Assembly: GCF_000143415.4 (NCBI RefSeq)
Contig: NW_003314389.1
Location: 146,892-210,891 of the forward strand
Origin: Selaginella moellendorffii
Lineage: Eukaryota > Plantae > Lycopodiophyta
DNA: 64,000 bases
Reading direction: 5' to 3'
Shown: one piece after another, positions 1-12,959 of the stretch
Layout of the letters: each line of letters starts with the position of its first letter
How positions within the stretch are numbered: position 1 is the first letter of the stretch
The notes under the pieces: model-generated
The model's input: the letters and a program-made list of their open reading frames with translations, nothing else
The model's database searches: none
What the model was told of the DNA's origin: nothing
Made by a program: the position numbers and the translations under genes

Positions 1-329
1 TTGGCATCCCAGCATCAGTGACATCTATGACACAGCACTGTGGCAAGCATCTTGTCAAAGCTGGCTGAGAATCCACCAAGTTCCACATTTCATGTACATG
101 TCCTGTTTATCAATTTTTTCTTATACTATATACCATTGGATGCATTAGAATCAATTTTGGCTTGTTGGAAATTGTCTTTACGAATGTTAAAAGTTGGAAT
201 GAACACTACATTACTGAAATCAATGCCATGAACCACTAAAATAGCGACTCATCTTTTAAATCTGCTATGTAAACCTCTAAAAAAAAAACTAAAGAAACTA
301 CCTGATGCAAACACAGAGTGCAGCTTGTT

Positions 330-1700
330 TTGTATCAGCTTAAGTTCTTATTCCTCATCATACCACGGGTCTGCTGCTCACACCACTCTGATAACCGAGC
401 CCAGTGATCGATCTCTCCAAGAACATCCTCTTGTTAAATCCATCAAACTCGCAGTTTCCACCTGTGAGTAGAATCATCCCATCCATAACTCGGCTGACGA
501 GTTAGTTTGGCACTCTCCTCATGGCAATGGATGCCATTTCTCCCACTTCTGCCTGATCTACAGGCTGGAAGAATATCTCTGAATCGTTCCACACCAAGAA
601 CTATTTGGTAGTCCTTCTCAGTAAGAGGCCGTTGTATTACAAACTCTGGCACTATTTCCTGCAGTCCGGGTGGTGGCACTGAAGTATATGAAAGATCAAT
701 TTCCTGGAAGTAAAGCAGTTAGAAAGGGAAAAGAAAAGTAGTGACGAAAGTGATATACCTTGAGTTTCGAGGTTAGACGACTGAGTTCTGCTACATCTTC
801 ATCTACATCTTCTTCTACTTCTTCTTTGTAGTCTCTGTCAATTTGCTTGTACATATGCCAGTCCTCATCATTCATGCCAAAAGTATCTTCGTCCAAAGGT
901 TGCTTGCATTAAGAGTTTCATTTGTTCTCTCTACACGGCAGTCAGCCTTTCACTTTTGACCGTGAGTCTGCAACTACAGTACCATGGCTGTTGGTTGTGC
1001 AAACTTTCTGCTGTTTTCTTTGGTCTACCTTGGTTGAAACTTCACAATGCCTGGCCTTCAACTCCTCTAGATACTTCTCCAGGTTTTCCTATGATGAGAA
1101 AGAGTTGTAAATATTTAGAAAGAAAAAAATGTAAAAGATGTACAAGCGATACTCTTCTTCCATTTGTTGCTTGTGCTCTCTCTGCAGGGACTCTTCTTAA
1201 CATCTTTGCCTTGCTCGAATGTGTCTATCAAGTGCACGATCCTGATTTTTTGGGTTTTTTGCCAGTGGTTCTGTTGTTTTAAAAAATCTTTTCTTTCTTT
1301 TTCGCTTCAATTGCCAATGCCAAGCACACAACAGCTGACAAAAAGGAAACTTGATATACACAACTGTTCCTTGAATAAAAGGCTTTCTGCATTTTCGAGC
1401 AGAGGGTACTTCTGTGATGCTAGAATGTCACCACTATTCACTATCTTTTAACACCATAATGCTTTCTCCGTTAGCTTTACATATATTACCTCAATCAGTC
1501 TAGATCCCGAAAAAGGTTCTTCAAGTATTCCGCCTCATTTTCTAAATCAATAAGCTTTGAGGATAGTTTTGCTGCTGCCATTTCTTGAAGCCGATAGCCC
1601 TGCTTTTCTCTCAAAGCTGCCAGTTCATACTCCCCAGGCTGCTCTTTTTCAGGTGGCAGTAGCAGCTGCCACCATCTCGTTTTCACTATTGCCTAGGGAG
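330..1700 (-). pseudogene. ARP5: Actin-related protein 5 (INO80 subunit) fragment, disrupted
   Basis: Exon pieces KTRWWQL..REKQGYRLQEMAAAK, ENLEKYLEELKARH, EDTFGMNDEDWHMYK..AELSRLTSKLK and RPLTEKDYQIVLGVERFR match the plant ARP5 C-terminal half. Frameshifts, stops and deletions are present; no N-terminus is seen. Confidence 0.85.
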
Positions 1701-2130
1701 ATTATAACTGATGAAATAAATTGCTACAACATTGACATACTGAACTGCTTACCTAAAATAGTTTTAGCTCTGCAGTATAGTCGACTGTAATGCAGCTATT
1801 CTCTGTTTTTCAAAAACCACATATGGTAGTTATGCTATATTCAATCAAATCGCTATGGACTTACAGATATTGAAGGCACAAAAAGCACTTTAGATAATCA
1901 GAGACATGAAAGCCTCCTACTGATTTTCTGCAGCATACTTCCATAATAGGCTCCTTAATAGATATCTGACACAATACGAGTTTTGAACTTACAACAAAAG
2001 CAAAAACTAACAGAGAAACCATCAGTGTATTGGTATAATATGAGTTGTAGCAAACAAGTATACCATCAGAATTGCACGTGTGTGTGCATGCATGTGCGTG
2101 CGCTCAGAGAGAGAGAGAGATAGAGAGCAC

Positions 2131-2448
2131 ACACCTGTCCAGTCGATTACGGTGTCAATCCATAAGGGTGCGAGAACTGGATTGCTGGCCGCGATGGCGG
2201 CAAAATCCAGCACTGCCGGCTTGATCCCCGCGATCCAATCTTTGGACTGGATCCCCAATCTGTAGGAGATGGCATCGAGGGAATCCCTCACAGAGCTGGA
2301 TAAATGGAAGCTTGTGACGTCCTCACTGCAGCAATCATGGCGGGGGAGCGCCACCATCGCCAGCTGCCTGTGTGCCGATGCCAGGTTCTTGTGGCACCAG
2401 GATCTCTTGGTGCGATGCTCATCACCATCCCCAGCGCCATGGAAGATT

Positions 2449-2498
<50 letters not shown>

Positions 2499-2575
2499 AG
2501 AGCACGCAAGAGAGAGCACGCACCTGTCTAGTTTGTTACAGTGTCAATCCATAAGGGTGCAAGAATTGATCACGT
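2131..2575 (-). other. Unidentified exon-like fragment (..PVLAPLWIDTVIDWTG|gt) with its last ~50 bp duplicated at 2521-2575, separated by a (GA)n microsatellite
   Basis: 2131-2180 resembles 2521-2570 (cacctgtc..gtgtcaatccataagggtgc). (GA)n lies at about 2453-2492. Confidence 0.45.
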
Positions 2576-2946
2576 CCAAACCACCACAATCAGTACAAAT
2601 ATGAAACCCTCAGATACAAAAAGCCATAATAACTGTTTTTAAGAAAGTATTACATCTGAACCATCAATTTGACAAATCCAAGGGTAAGAGAATATCTGTC
2701 CCCCGATGCCAATATATTCCATCATGTCCTTCAAGCCATTTTTTTTGTTCTTGACTGCCAACATTTCCTCAAGAGAACTTGTCATAAACTGAAGAGCACC
2801 ATGTATGGCTGTCCCGTATGACTATCCATGTAGAGACTACAGGGTTTATAGCGCTGCAAAATAGAAATCCCTCTCAATGCTTTAAAAACGCAAAACTGAA
2901 GAACAAGGAAGCAAACCGTGGACTAAAATTTCTATTTTTTCTCTTG

Positions 2947-3138
2947 GTTCCAGCCTCAAGGACCTGGAACAAACAGGAACTTTAAGCCTCGAAAGAGAAT
3001 AGCGAAGAGCAAGAGAGTGAAAAACCTTGATTCTAGTCGTGGTTCCAGCCTTGAGAACCTGGAACAAACAGGGACTTGAGAGACCCGAAAGAAGAATAGC
3101 GACAAGCAAGAGAGTGAAGAACCTTGATTCTAGTCGTC
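2947..3138. repeat. Tandem duplication of ~95 bp
   Basis: ggttccagcct..gacctggaacaaacagg..accttgattctagtcgt occurs twice in tandem. Confidence 0.85.
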
Positions 3139-3974
3139 GATGACAACGTGAATCCCCTCATTGTCTGAGACGTCGTCCCTGTCGTAGCTCCATCCATCAT
3201 AGCCTCTTCGCCTTTCACTCCCAATCCTCGTTGCATTTCCGAGCAGAGCACGTCGATCTGCCAAATGCACCTGCGCAGGCGGATGCTGGTGGATTTGTTC
3301 CCCGCATAAGTCTGGAAGGCGTCGATCCTGTTCTCACTGATCATCGAGCACAACTATGGCGACACAGAGAAAGCCATGAGCCTCTCAAACCTTTGCAAAT
3401 GGAGAAACAAAAACAACCTTGTTGTAATAGGCTGGAGCTTTCAGCCGCTTAGGATCGTTATCCAGTGCTGTTCCCAGGACTTCTTCCGGAGCTGTCCAAA
3501 AACGAATGCATTAGAGTTTTTTCTAGTGTCTAAATCGAAGGAACTCACTCAAAGGTGTTGGATAAGGAACAAATGCGGGTTGCGGCTTTTGGTAGGAGGT
3601 TTTTGGTCCCTCGCCAGGCTTGATGCCACCGTTGCTGCGATTGGCCGTTATATCTTGGTCATCCTGGAACATCTCAAGTTAGAATCGCAGGGACGACAAT
3701 AGGGGGGTCGAGACTCTTTTACCAGATGATATTCTGCGTTAGTACTTTTTCCATAAGTGCGACTCGTTTCTTCACGAACTGGATAATTCTCCTGTTGAAG
3801 AACGCTTCGGCGTTGGTTAAATGATTGTCATTTTCCGGTGCGTGAACTTTTGAACTCGAGAATGAACCAACAAGTGGCATCATGTACAGCTGACTGTAGC
3901 CTTCTAAATCGTTCCATCAAACACACACACACACTCACAGAGGCAGATATATAGAGAGAGAGAGAGAGAGAGAG

Positions 3975-4168
3975 TACCTTCCCACAAGCGATGATCGACG
4001 CTCTCTCCTCGTGCTCACGTGCCCTAAAAGACAATTAAAAGTTTTTATGATCCCAAAAGTCACGACTCCCCATTGTTTAATCTCAGCCGTTAGATTTTGG
4101 CATATGCCCAGAATAAGTGACGCCAGCATATGCTATTATTATACCGGCTCTTTCGTTTAAATATATGA
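3975..4168 (-). promoter_or_regulatory. Recurrent promoter/leader-exon cassette abutting a Helitron 3' end (copy 1)
   Basis: On the minus strand: an MSA-like TCTAACGGCT, then TTTTAGGGC, a leader ending GGAAG|GT, and a (CT)n/(GT)n-rich intron start. Homologous to 19043-19150 (inverted) and 55215-55375. Confidence 0.55.
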
Positions 4169-4171
4169 GTA

Positions 4172-4198
4172 CTAGCAGAGACCCCAGCTCCGCTGGGA
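4172..4198 (-). mobile_element. Helitron 3' terminus
   Basis: Minus strand reads CCCAGC-GGA-GCTGGG (hairpin), 7-nt spacer, CTAG, then T. Confidence 0.85.
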
Positions 4199-7100
4199 GA
4201 TATAACATACCCAAGATAAATAGATCTTCTTTTCTAATTTTAGAATGTTAGAAATTTTTATAGTATACAGTGTTGAGATAAACATCTCTAGAGTAATACT
4301 TTGCTCTAATAATGCAATTAGATAATAATGCATGTGTTAAGGAAGATAAAATCATTTATTTATCATCATGAAATTTAAATTTGAGTTTTTTTTATTGCCT
4401 TTTCAAAAAGGTGCACAACCCTAAACACATTCACAAGATTGCTGCCAACTTTTAAAAAAAATTGATTTTTCACAAAATCAAAAATTATACCAAAGAATAA
4501 TAGGTTTTATAACTGGTTTGGTGAAGTTATAAATTTAATTGTGTACTGAGTTAACTTCTTTATTACCTGAATTGTAATGATGCCTTTAAAATTTATAGTT
4601 TACTAAAGAATAATAGAAATTCTATTATGTATCTCGTTTTGCATTTAAAAACATACATAAGCAAATTTATCCAGATTTCTACCAATACCAATGGCAATAG
4701 AGAATAGTTCTAGACGTATTGAGAAATTATAAATTGACCAAACCTAAGAAATGTAGAATAGTTATTTCCAACATAAGAAGATAATGTAATTTTTCTATAA
4801 AAGTTTTAATTATGCAATACTCTAAAAGAAATATTCAAACTATAGTTATATGATGAGTGAGAACCACCAAATTCTTTATACATTTTATATACATGAAAGA
4901 AAAACTATCTTTTATTTGCTATTACTTGTGCCAAAAGTTCTGTTTTATTTGGGTATGTATAAAGGATCTAAAAAGCTGCTGGTGCTTCTTTTTTACTTTT
5001 TTGCTAGTGTATTGACAGGCTTTTATTTTTATATAATAGATAAATAATATTAAAAGCTAATTGTGCCAATGTAGAAATAATACTTTGNNNNNNNNNNNNN
5101 NNNNNNNNNNNNNNNNNNNNNNNNNNNNNNNNNNNNNNNNNNNNNNNNNNNNNNNNNNNNNNNNNNNNNNNNNNNNNNNNNNNNNNNATATTAATAATAT
5201 TATGTATTTCAAAAGAGTAGGAACATCTTTATATTTTATTTCTTGCTTCAAATACCAAATCCATTATCTGGTTCTGAACTAATAACTTTCTACAAGCCTA
5301 ATATGAAATTCTTATATTTTTATATTCAAATTCACTACTTGAGATCTGCATTAATATTGAACTCACTAAGTAAGTTACACAAATTGCTATCATGTTTATA
5401 TTAAACCTCATGGAAATAGAGAATGGTTCTTGGTATCTAATAAGTATAAAATATCTCATATACATACAAATATGAAATCCATTTCATAGTAATATCTCAA
5501 AAAGTATCTACCTCTTATATTCTTTTTATTAATCTTCTTGCTCATAACATTATATAATTTTTCAGCATCTTTACATAGATTTTATCTTTAGTTAAAATAC
5601 TGACACATATATTATATAAATATTTTGTTATTGCTCTGCAATTGTATTATGTCAATCCCTGAGAGTTGTTACCTAAGCATGACTAAAATATCCAGTTTTT
5701 TCATAAGGGTAACTTAAGTTTAAATGAAATACAGAAGTTAATTGTTTCCAAATAGAGCACAATTATGTGTCATATTTGCAAGATCCTCTGGAAAATATAG
5801 AGAATAAATTTTTTTAAAATATAAAATATTAATACACCTCAAAAACCTTTCCAACCAGAACATGCTTTAGTATTAGATCAAGAATGTGTAATACATTTTG
5901 CAACACTAAGATTACTATGAAAATTAAATGATGAAGAGAAAATATACTTGTGAAAGAAAAACTTTAAATAAGGAGAAGGAAAACTTGTAGAAATACAATT
6001 TTAAAATACTAAAACGTCTGGTTTATATGAACTTCTTAGTAAAAGTGATTAGGCTATAATGTAGTAGAATAGCTCTCAATTAAATATCCAGATTGATAGG
6101 AATAATGTTGAACATAATAAACCATACTTCATTAATATTATAATTAGGTGATATCATGCTAGTAAGCTCTATATGCAAGTTATCATTTCAAACACATTAA
6201 AATTTTTTAAAACATTAAACAATTTTAGTAAAGATTGTCTCTAGCAAAACATTAAAAATCATATATCACTAAAAATATTGAAACTTTAATTTTCACAATA
6301 CCATAATAAATAATTATGCATTACTAATTATTATTTATCAAATAATATAAAGAAGGACATGATTACAAACATACTAACATCTAACACATTGATATGTTCA
6401 TATTAATATTATTATCTTTTTATATAGTACATTATTGAATGTTTTATAGTAATTAATAATTATATAATTAAACATGAGGTTATTTTATTTTATATTTAAA
6501 TTGTTGTATCAAGCCTATCATTTGTGAACAAAATGTTATTAGTGCATGTTATCCTCTGTAATTCGTCATTTTCCTATTTTAAAAATAAGAACAACGGAAT
6601 CTAAAATTTAAAGAATAGAAAATAAGCATAAATTAACGTCTAATATATTATAAAAGACATCAATAATATAGTTCCAAAGAAATGATATAGCATTATATAC
6701 ATGTAATACAAATAAAAATATTTATTTTAAAATAAAAACTATAAAAATAACATATAGATTAAAAAAATTATATATCACTAAATAATTTTTTAAATAGGAA
6801 AAAATAAGCTAATCCCTAATATTTGTTCTAATATGTCTTTTAAATTTTCTTCTATGTTCTCAACACCAAATCCATTATCTGATGTTTAAGTAAAAAACTT
6901 TTGCTGGATAATTTTTAAATTGTTAATTATTAATATACAAATTCACTTTTTGGTCCTTGGTTACAATATTTTTACATTTTGTCATGTTGTGAAACTCATT
7001 TTTAACACTCTCATTTCATGTCCACTATCTAGATACCTTAAATTAAAAATTCTGATGTCTAGCAGTTTCTAATCAACACGCTATGTCTAAAACTCATGAA

Positions 7101-8800
7101 CCAATAGCACTAAAATAATTATATTTCTATATTTAACTCAATTTTAAATTTGAAATATTTCAAACTTACTCCACATTAATAGTTACTAACTCTTGATGTT
7201 TAATAATAATTTTATGGAGAACATAGATTTACTCATAACATTTCTCTATATAACTATTTTTAATCATGGACAAATTCAAGAAATGAGTTTAAATATTTTG
7301 CAAACTGGATATCTATTAAAATGAAAAAACTATAAAAGCTAATTTAATTGAATGTATATATTCTATAAAAGTTTAGGTCTTTATGAACTTCAGTTTCATT
7401 AAGATGACATAATGTTTCAGCTAAAACATAAATAAATAACATATTTTATTAAAATTCTATAAACTTTCAGATTTATATTATTAATATTTAATTTTAATGC
7501 ATTTATAAAATATTAATTTATTAAAATTATTTAGTAATTTACTGGTTAATATAAGTATTTTAAAAAATTTATAATAAAATTATAGGAATTTCAATAAAGA
7601 TAACCTAAAAAATTTAAACAAAAATAAGATAAAAGCTTCAAAAAATTAAATACAACAAGACATAGATTTAATTCTTTTATTAAAATTTTTGATGATATCA
7701 TATTAAATGAATAAATATGAATAATTATGTTTTACTTATGATTTGTTTTATTTAAGATTTATAATTTTGAATATAAAGATATTTTAAGTAGATAAAAATT
7801 TTATCCTATTCAGAAAGACCACTGAAAAGTACTTTCTGATTATGGTAAAGTTGGTTATATATGTTGACATAATAAGTGAATGATTTTTAGCTTCTTTACT
7901 AAAGGAGTAATATACATGGTTTGATTTATTTTATCATTCATCTTGAAGTTAAAATATCAATAGATTAGTAAATGTTTGTACATATGATGTAATTATAAAA
8001 AATTGAAGCTTATCGAAAGATATTTTTAAACATAATAAGAATTTATGTAATTCTACCCTAAAACATTTACAATTTATTTAGTGAAATTATTATTTTTAAT
8101 TGTTAATTCAGATACTATTCATCAGATTATATGAAATCTTCATACCATTACTGCACTTTTCTCAAACACTTTTTCCACTATCTACATAAATATAAAATAT
8201 TAAAACTATTTTAAAATACATTATATAAAAGCAATATATTTTAGCTGGGATTGATATTAGTTGTAAGATGAATGTTGTAGAAAATGCTAATTTGAAAATA
8301 CACTTTGAACTCATAGCAACATTTTTATTTAATTTAGAGTTATCTTTAATATTTAAGTTTATTAGGAAATTTCTTAGCATTTTTAATTTAATTTAATATA
8401 ACTATTTCATTTTAGTATTATGTATTATATTTTAATTTATCCTATAATGCTAGAATTCTGCTATAATGCTACAATAATATTATAATTATAATTTATATCA
8501 ATTTATTTGTTTTCTCATGTTTTTATGAAATTTTCGTTTTCTCTAGATTAAAAATTTATGCTTTTTATCATATCTTTTAAATTTTGGTGAACTTCGATTT
8601 TAATTATGAACTATAATTGCTATAAATTGTTTATAAACTAATGTTGCACCAACTTTCCATATATTTTTATTATTGGGAATATTCAAGTGAAATGACTATA
8701 AAATGATGATTAACATACATTACTCCCTCTTTCTATTTTATTCTAAAACCTTAGCAATGTACTCATCAAGAAAGCTTAACATGATTAATGGAATCACAAG
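4199..8800 (-). mobile_element. AT-rich decayed Helitron body
   Basis: Very AT-rich with no credible ORF. Subterminal blocks recur at 14700-15260, 17000-18560, 28395-28510 and 55390-56440. Contains an N gap. Confidence 0.6.
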
Positions 8801-9039
8801 TCCTCAATCATCAACCATTTTGGAGGTTCTGGTACCATCTAGGCTTTTCAGAGTATTTACTTAATAAATATTCAGTTTTAAATGGTGATTATTCAGACAA
8901 CAGTCATGCCCTGGCATGGAATTGAAGAGAACTCGACATTCTTCCAAGTGATCTAGCTTCTGGGCCTCAACAACAATTGGTTATGCTGAGGCATGTTCTA
9001 AAAGGCCTCCATACAGACCCATTACCAAACACATAGATT

Positions 9040-10300
9040 TTCCTGCTCATTGCTTAGGATCCTGCTGCTTCTCTTTGCTCTTGTTAGCTGTAAAAGCCTG
9101 AATTCAAATACTTTATGATTTGAAAAGTACACACAAAGTGGGAACGCTGGGTTGTATTCCACCACCTGTATATTTTCGTAAAGAAATATCCCTGTCTGGC
9201 CATGAAATATTTCATCAAGTTCAAAGCAGGAACATTGTAGTGACTCACGTGCTAGAATTTAATATAACTATTTCTGAATAGTATTATGAATTATATTTTA
9301 ATTAATCCTATATTGCTAGAATGCTGCTATAATGTTACAATAATATTATAATTATAATTTATATCAATTTATTTGTTTTCTCATGTTTTTATGAAATTTT
9401 CGTTTTCTCTAGATTAAAAATTTATGCTTTTTATCATATCTTTTAAATTTTGGTTTCACATGTTCTTCCTTCATCTCATTGTAGATGGAAAATGATTGCT
9501 GCATGCATGAACAGCTGCTGTATAAGGCTCCGGGGATCCTTGGATTCCACACTTGTGCATCATGGTGTAAACTACGGAGTTTCCCTGAAAAATTTGGCTG
9601 TCACAACAAAGCCACAGAAATCATAAAAACCACTTACATCTCCTGCTTTTGAGCATCCGTCCATGAGAAAACACATTATGGCGTGATTTGGATCTATAGG
9701 ACTTTCAGACTTCAACTCTGTGAAGACCTCTAATGCTCTTTTCACTGCTCCTGACCGAAGCTTTGATTAGCTATCAATCGGATTTTATTTTCTGTCTGAC
9801 AATGGATTACATAAAGTTGCTGCTAATTGTTGAATCAAATGGCATAAACCTTTGAGAGCATGATCCTGTAAATTCCAAAAGCAATAGCGAGTTCGCCAGT
9901 TTGGGTGCAGCCATCGATGATTGCTCCATATGTAAGAAAGCTGGCTTCAACACAAACACTTTCCATTTCACGGAAAACCTGCGCTATAACTGAGTTACTC
10001 CAACGAAGGACAGGACCAAAATTTCTTGCTTGAAAGATAAGATCCATCTTAAGAGCTATTGAACAACGTTGAGATTAGTGTAGTACAAATCATGCAATCT
10101 GGCTTACAACCAGCTTGTTTCAGCGCCTAAAAAGCTCCAAAACCCCTACACCTGGCATCCCATGTCATGTCAAAACAAGTACTTCAAAACCTTATAAAAA
10201 TGCTTAATACCATTTACGTTGCAGCAGACTGAAAGAAGCATATTATATCAACAGTCACTTTGCATAATCAAGCTATGTACTCGACATAAACCATGGAGAC
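9040..10300 (-). pseudogene. MRL1: MRL1-type P-class PPR fragment
   Basis: ALKQAGCKPDCMICTTLIST, VFREMESVCVEASFLTYGAIIDGC..AFGIYRIMLSK and SGAVKRALEVFTELKSESPIDPNH follow the MRL1 repeat order. Stops and deletions are present. Confidence 0.8.
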
Positions 10301-10537
10301 TATAGGTGGCCTGTCGCAAGTCATCTCTTCTCCTCCAGTAATCCTGCTAAGCAATAAGCAACAAGTAAGCAATGCAAAGCTTACACCATATCATTCACTG
10401 TTAACTTTCACAAAGGCTGGCTTAAATTCCATGCTTGGCAGACTCTGAATCATGTAAATATGTGGTAGTTATTCTCTCTGTCTTAGTAGAGAATTTTCCT
10501 CCTCTTTAGTGCTACTGATATCAGATATAAAAATCAG

Positions 10538-10573
<36 letters not shown>

Positions 10574-10879
10574 TTACAGTGGATCGCCACTTCACTCTTT
10601 TGTTTTTTTGTTTTTTTCTCATCTAGAACATTTTACTCTTCCCTCACTGCACCAAAAAGGCTTGCAATTTTCAAAAGTAGCGTGTGAAGGTACAGTTGAA
10701 TACCCATTCTTTGTGTGGGTGGCAGCAGTGTGATAATGTGCGTAGGCATCCCCCCCAGAGAGGAGTGCCTCCACCCATTAGGTCCTGGTGGTTCCACAGC
10801 GCCCTGCAGGGAAGACCTCCCTCATTACGCACACACACAAAAAATTTTTTAACCTTGTAAACAATCAAAATGTCTAACT

Positions 10880-10951
10880 TTGTAAAATTAGAAAATAAGA
10901 TTTATTTATCTTGAGTATGTTATCTCCCAGCAGAGCTGGGGTCTTTGCTAT
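10880..10951 (+). mobile_element. Helitron 3' subterminal segment and hairpin (degenerate CTAT end)
   Basis: agatttatttatcttgagtatgttatct-CCCAGC-AGA-GCTGGG-gtctttgctat is the reverse complement of 4172-4245. Confidence 0.7.
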
Positions 10952-11069
10952 AATAGTACTACACAATAGGAATAAAGCAGGTAGGTAGAGAACAAAAACA
11001 AGTGCCCACACCTGGACATATTCCATAGCAAGGAAAAAAGCTATTTTGATTCACTAAGATCAAGGTACA

Positions 11070-11315
11070 GTTCAGTATAGTACTTTTTTCTTTTATAAGT
11101 ACAGAATTTTTTAAATTCTTACAGATTCGAAAATTCATGGCCTCTGTTGTAGCAAGAAACTGTGTTGTTGGGATCCAAGGCAGTCCTCCTACAAACACCA
11201 GATAAAGTAATAATATCACAAATTATAAATACTAACCTGTAGCCAGCAACGAAGTAATGGACAACAATGAAGATTTCAAATTGGCAAGCTTATCGGACTC
11301 ATATCTCGTTACCCA
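11070..11315 (-). pseudogene. CYP88 (KAO-like) P450 3' end fragment, copy 2
   Basis: Diverged copy of 52085-52340 (..IFIVVHYFV| intron |..ALDPN.. plus 3' UTR). Confidence 0.6.
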
Positions 11316-11754
11316 TTATACATTTAGCATTGACCATTGAGCATCATAGACCAAAAGAAGAAAAACAAGAAGAAAAAGAAGGGCAAGAACATCGTGAAGA
11401 AGAAGAAAAAGAAAAAGCTTAACAAACACAACAATAGAAAACGCAGCCTACAGACATATGTCCTTTCAGAACCTTTCTTTAGTTGGTTGAATTTTCCTAT
11501 TTCTTGTACAGAGGTTGAACTTCGTCAAATAATGAGCGCTAGCTTCCCTGTATTTGGACCATGTCAAAGGATTTCTTAAGGATGGAAACACTTATCAGAG
11601 GCAGCAGACACGGTTTATGACGACTTAGCTTGGATTATAAGAGCCTTGTATCAGTGGCCCATTTCATCACAGAACGATGCTCATCTTCGGATCATCGATC
11701 ACTGCCAAGAAAATTCGAGGAGGAAGAAGACATGCCAAGCTGCAATACCTGAGG

Positions 11755-12330
11755 ATGGGAAGTTGGAGAGGGAACATTTTGGTTTTGCTTCTGCTGTCTC
11801 TGAGCTTGGGCGTTTTGGCTCATGATGAGAGTGGAGTACACAAGAATGGCTACCACAGTTACTCGAGATCCTGTACTTAAGCCGAGAGGATCATCAGGGA
11901 CACCCTTAGCAAGCACACCGATTGGGAGAGGACGATACCAGCAGGAGTTCTTCACTTGCACTTCCACGACTGTTTCGTTGACAGGAGAGCTTTGCAAGAT
12001 TTAAATTCTGGTCTGCTAACTTTGCTGTTCTTCAGGGCTGTGATGGATCGGTTCTTCTTGACTCAACTCCCACCGATGGAAGTAAAGTGTAAAAATTGTC
12101 CCTTCCAAGCTTCATGTCCACCAAGAGCTATCCCTGCGCTCACACTCTAGCCATAGCTGCCAGAGATTCAACCGTCATGGTAAGTTTAGCATCTTTTTAG
12201 AAACACTGGATCAAATTCTAAGATGGAGAGGAAAGAATTACCAAGTCCCAACTGGACGTTACAACAGAAGAGTTCCCATCCAGGAACGCGGCAACACCTT
12301 ACAATCTCCGTTTGAGAATGTGTCAGTTCT
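11755..12330 (+). pseudogene. Class III secretory peroxidase 5' fragment
   Basis: Signal peptide LVLLLLSLSLGVLA, then YSRSC, LHFHDCFVD|GCDGSVLLDSTP, TLAIAARDST and YQVPTGRYNRRVPI. Frameshifted. Confidence 0.85.
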
Positions 12331-12667
12331 CATTAAACAAACACTGGTTATTTTGATCGGCTCCAAAACTGTAAAACAGCTGTAAATCACAAAATCTTAG
12401 GATTGTACTCCACACAGACCACTGCAAGAATACAGCACTCATATATTCTCTGCCTTTCAATTCTTTAACGATAGAAACAACAGAACGACATTGCATTAGT
12501 TTTAAAAAGAAAGAAGAAAATTGATTACAAATTCACCGTACCTGGCTTCAAATTTCATTACACAAGATCTGGAAAGAACTGCAGGATCTTGCTCGATAAA
12601 TTTAGTTTCCTTCATAAACCTAAAATTTCCAAAGCTACGAATCTAGAATTCAAGAGGCACCACCATT

Positions 12668-12905
12668 TTTGCCACCATGTAACAATCTTCACCGTTCTTT
12701 TGGAGCATCACAGATTTAGTCCGTCCGATTGGGAGCATCCACCATAAGTAAAAATGGATATTCTAAAAATGGAATATGTGACGCCGATGCCAAAATAGCA
12801 ACTTTAAATAAAGAGTTTGATGATGATGATGATGATGCTCTTGATTAAACGATCCAGATTTGTGACGCTCCAAAGCAATGGTGAGGATTGTGACATGGTG
12901 GCAAA
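12668..12905. repeat. Inverted repeat, ~65-bp arms
   Basis: tttgccaccatgtaacaatcttcaccgttcttttggagcatcaca is the reverse complement of tgtgacgctccaaagcaatggtgaggattgtgacatggtggcaaa, with mismatches. Confidence 0.75.
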
Positions 12906-12959
12906 GAGCTTGGTTTTAGGTTTAAGAAACGGTTATTATGGCTGTTCACAAGCCACCAG

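Noticed and set aside
7800-8380. PIF1 helicase remnant (DSGKS, LFSGLS) in AT-rich DNA
   Set aside because: Too degenerate to support by eye; needs a frameshift-aware HMM search.
11337-11579. Lys-rich ORF
   Set aside because: Product of an AAG-rich simple repeat.
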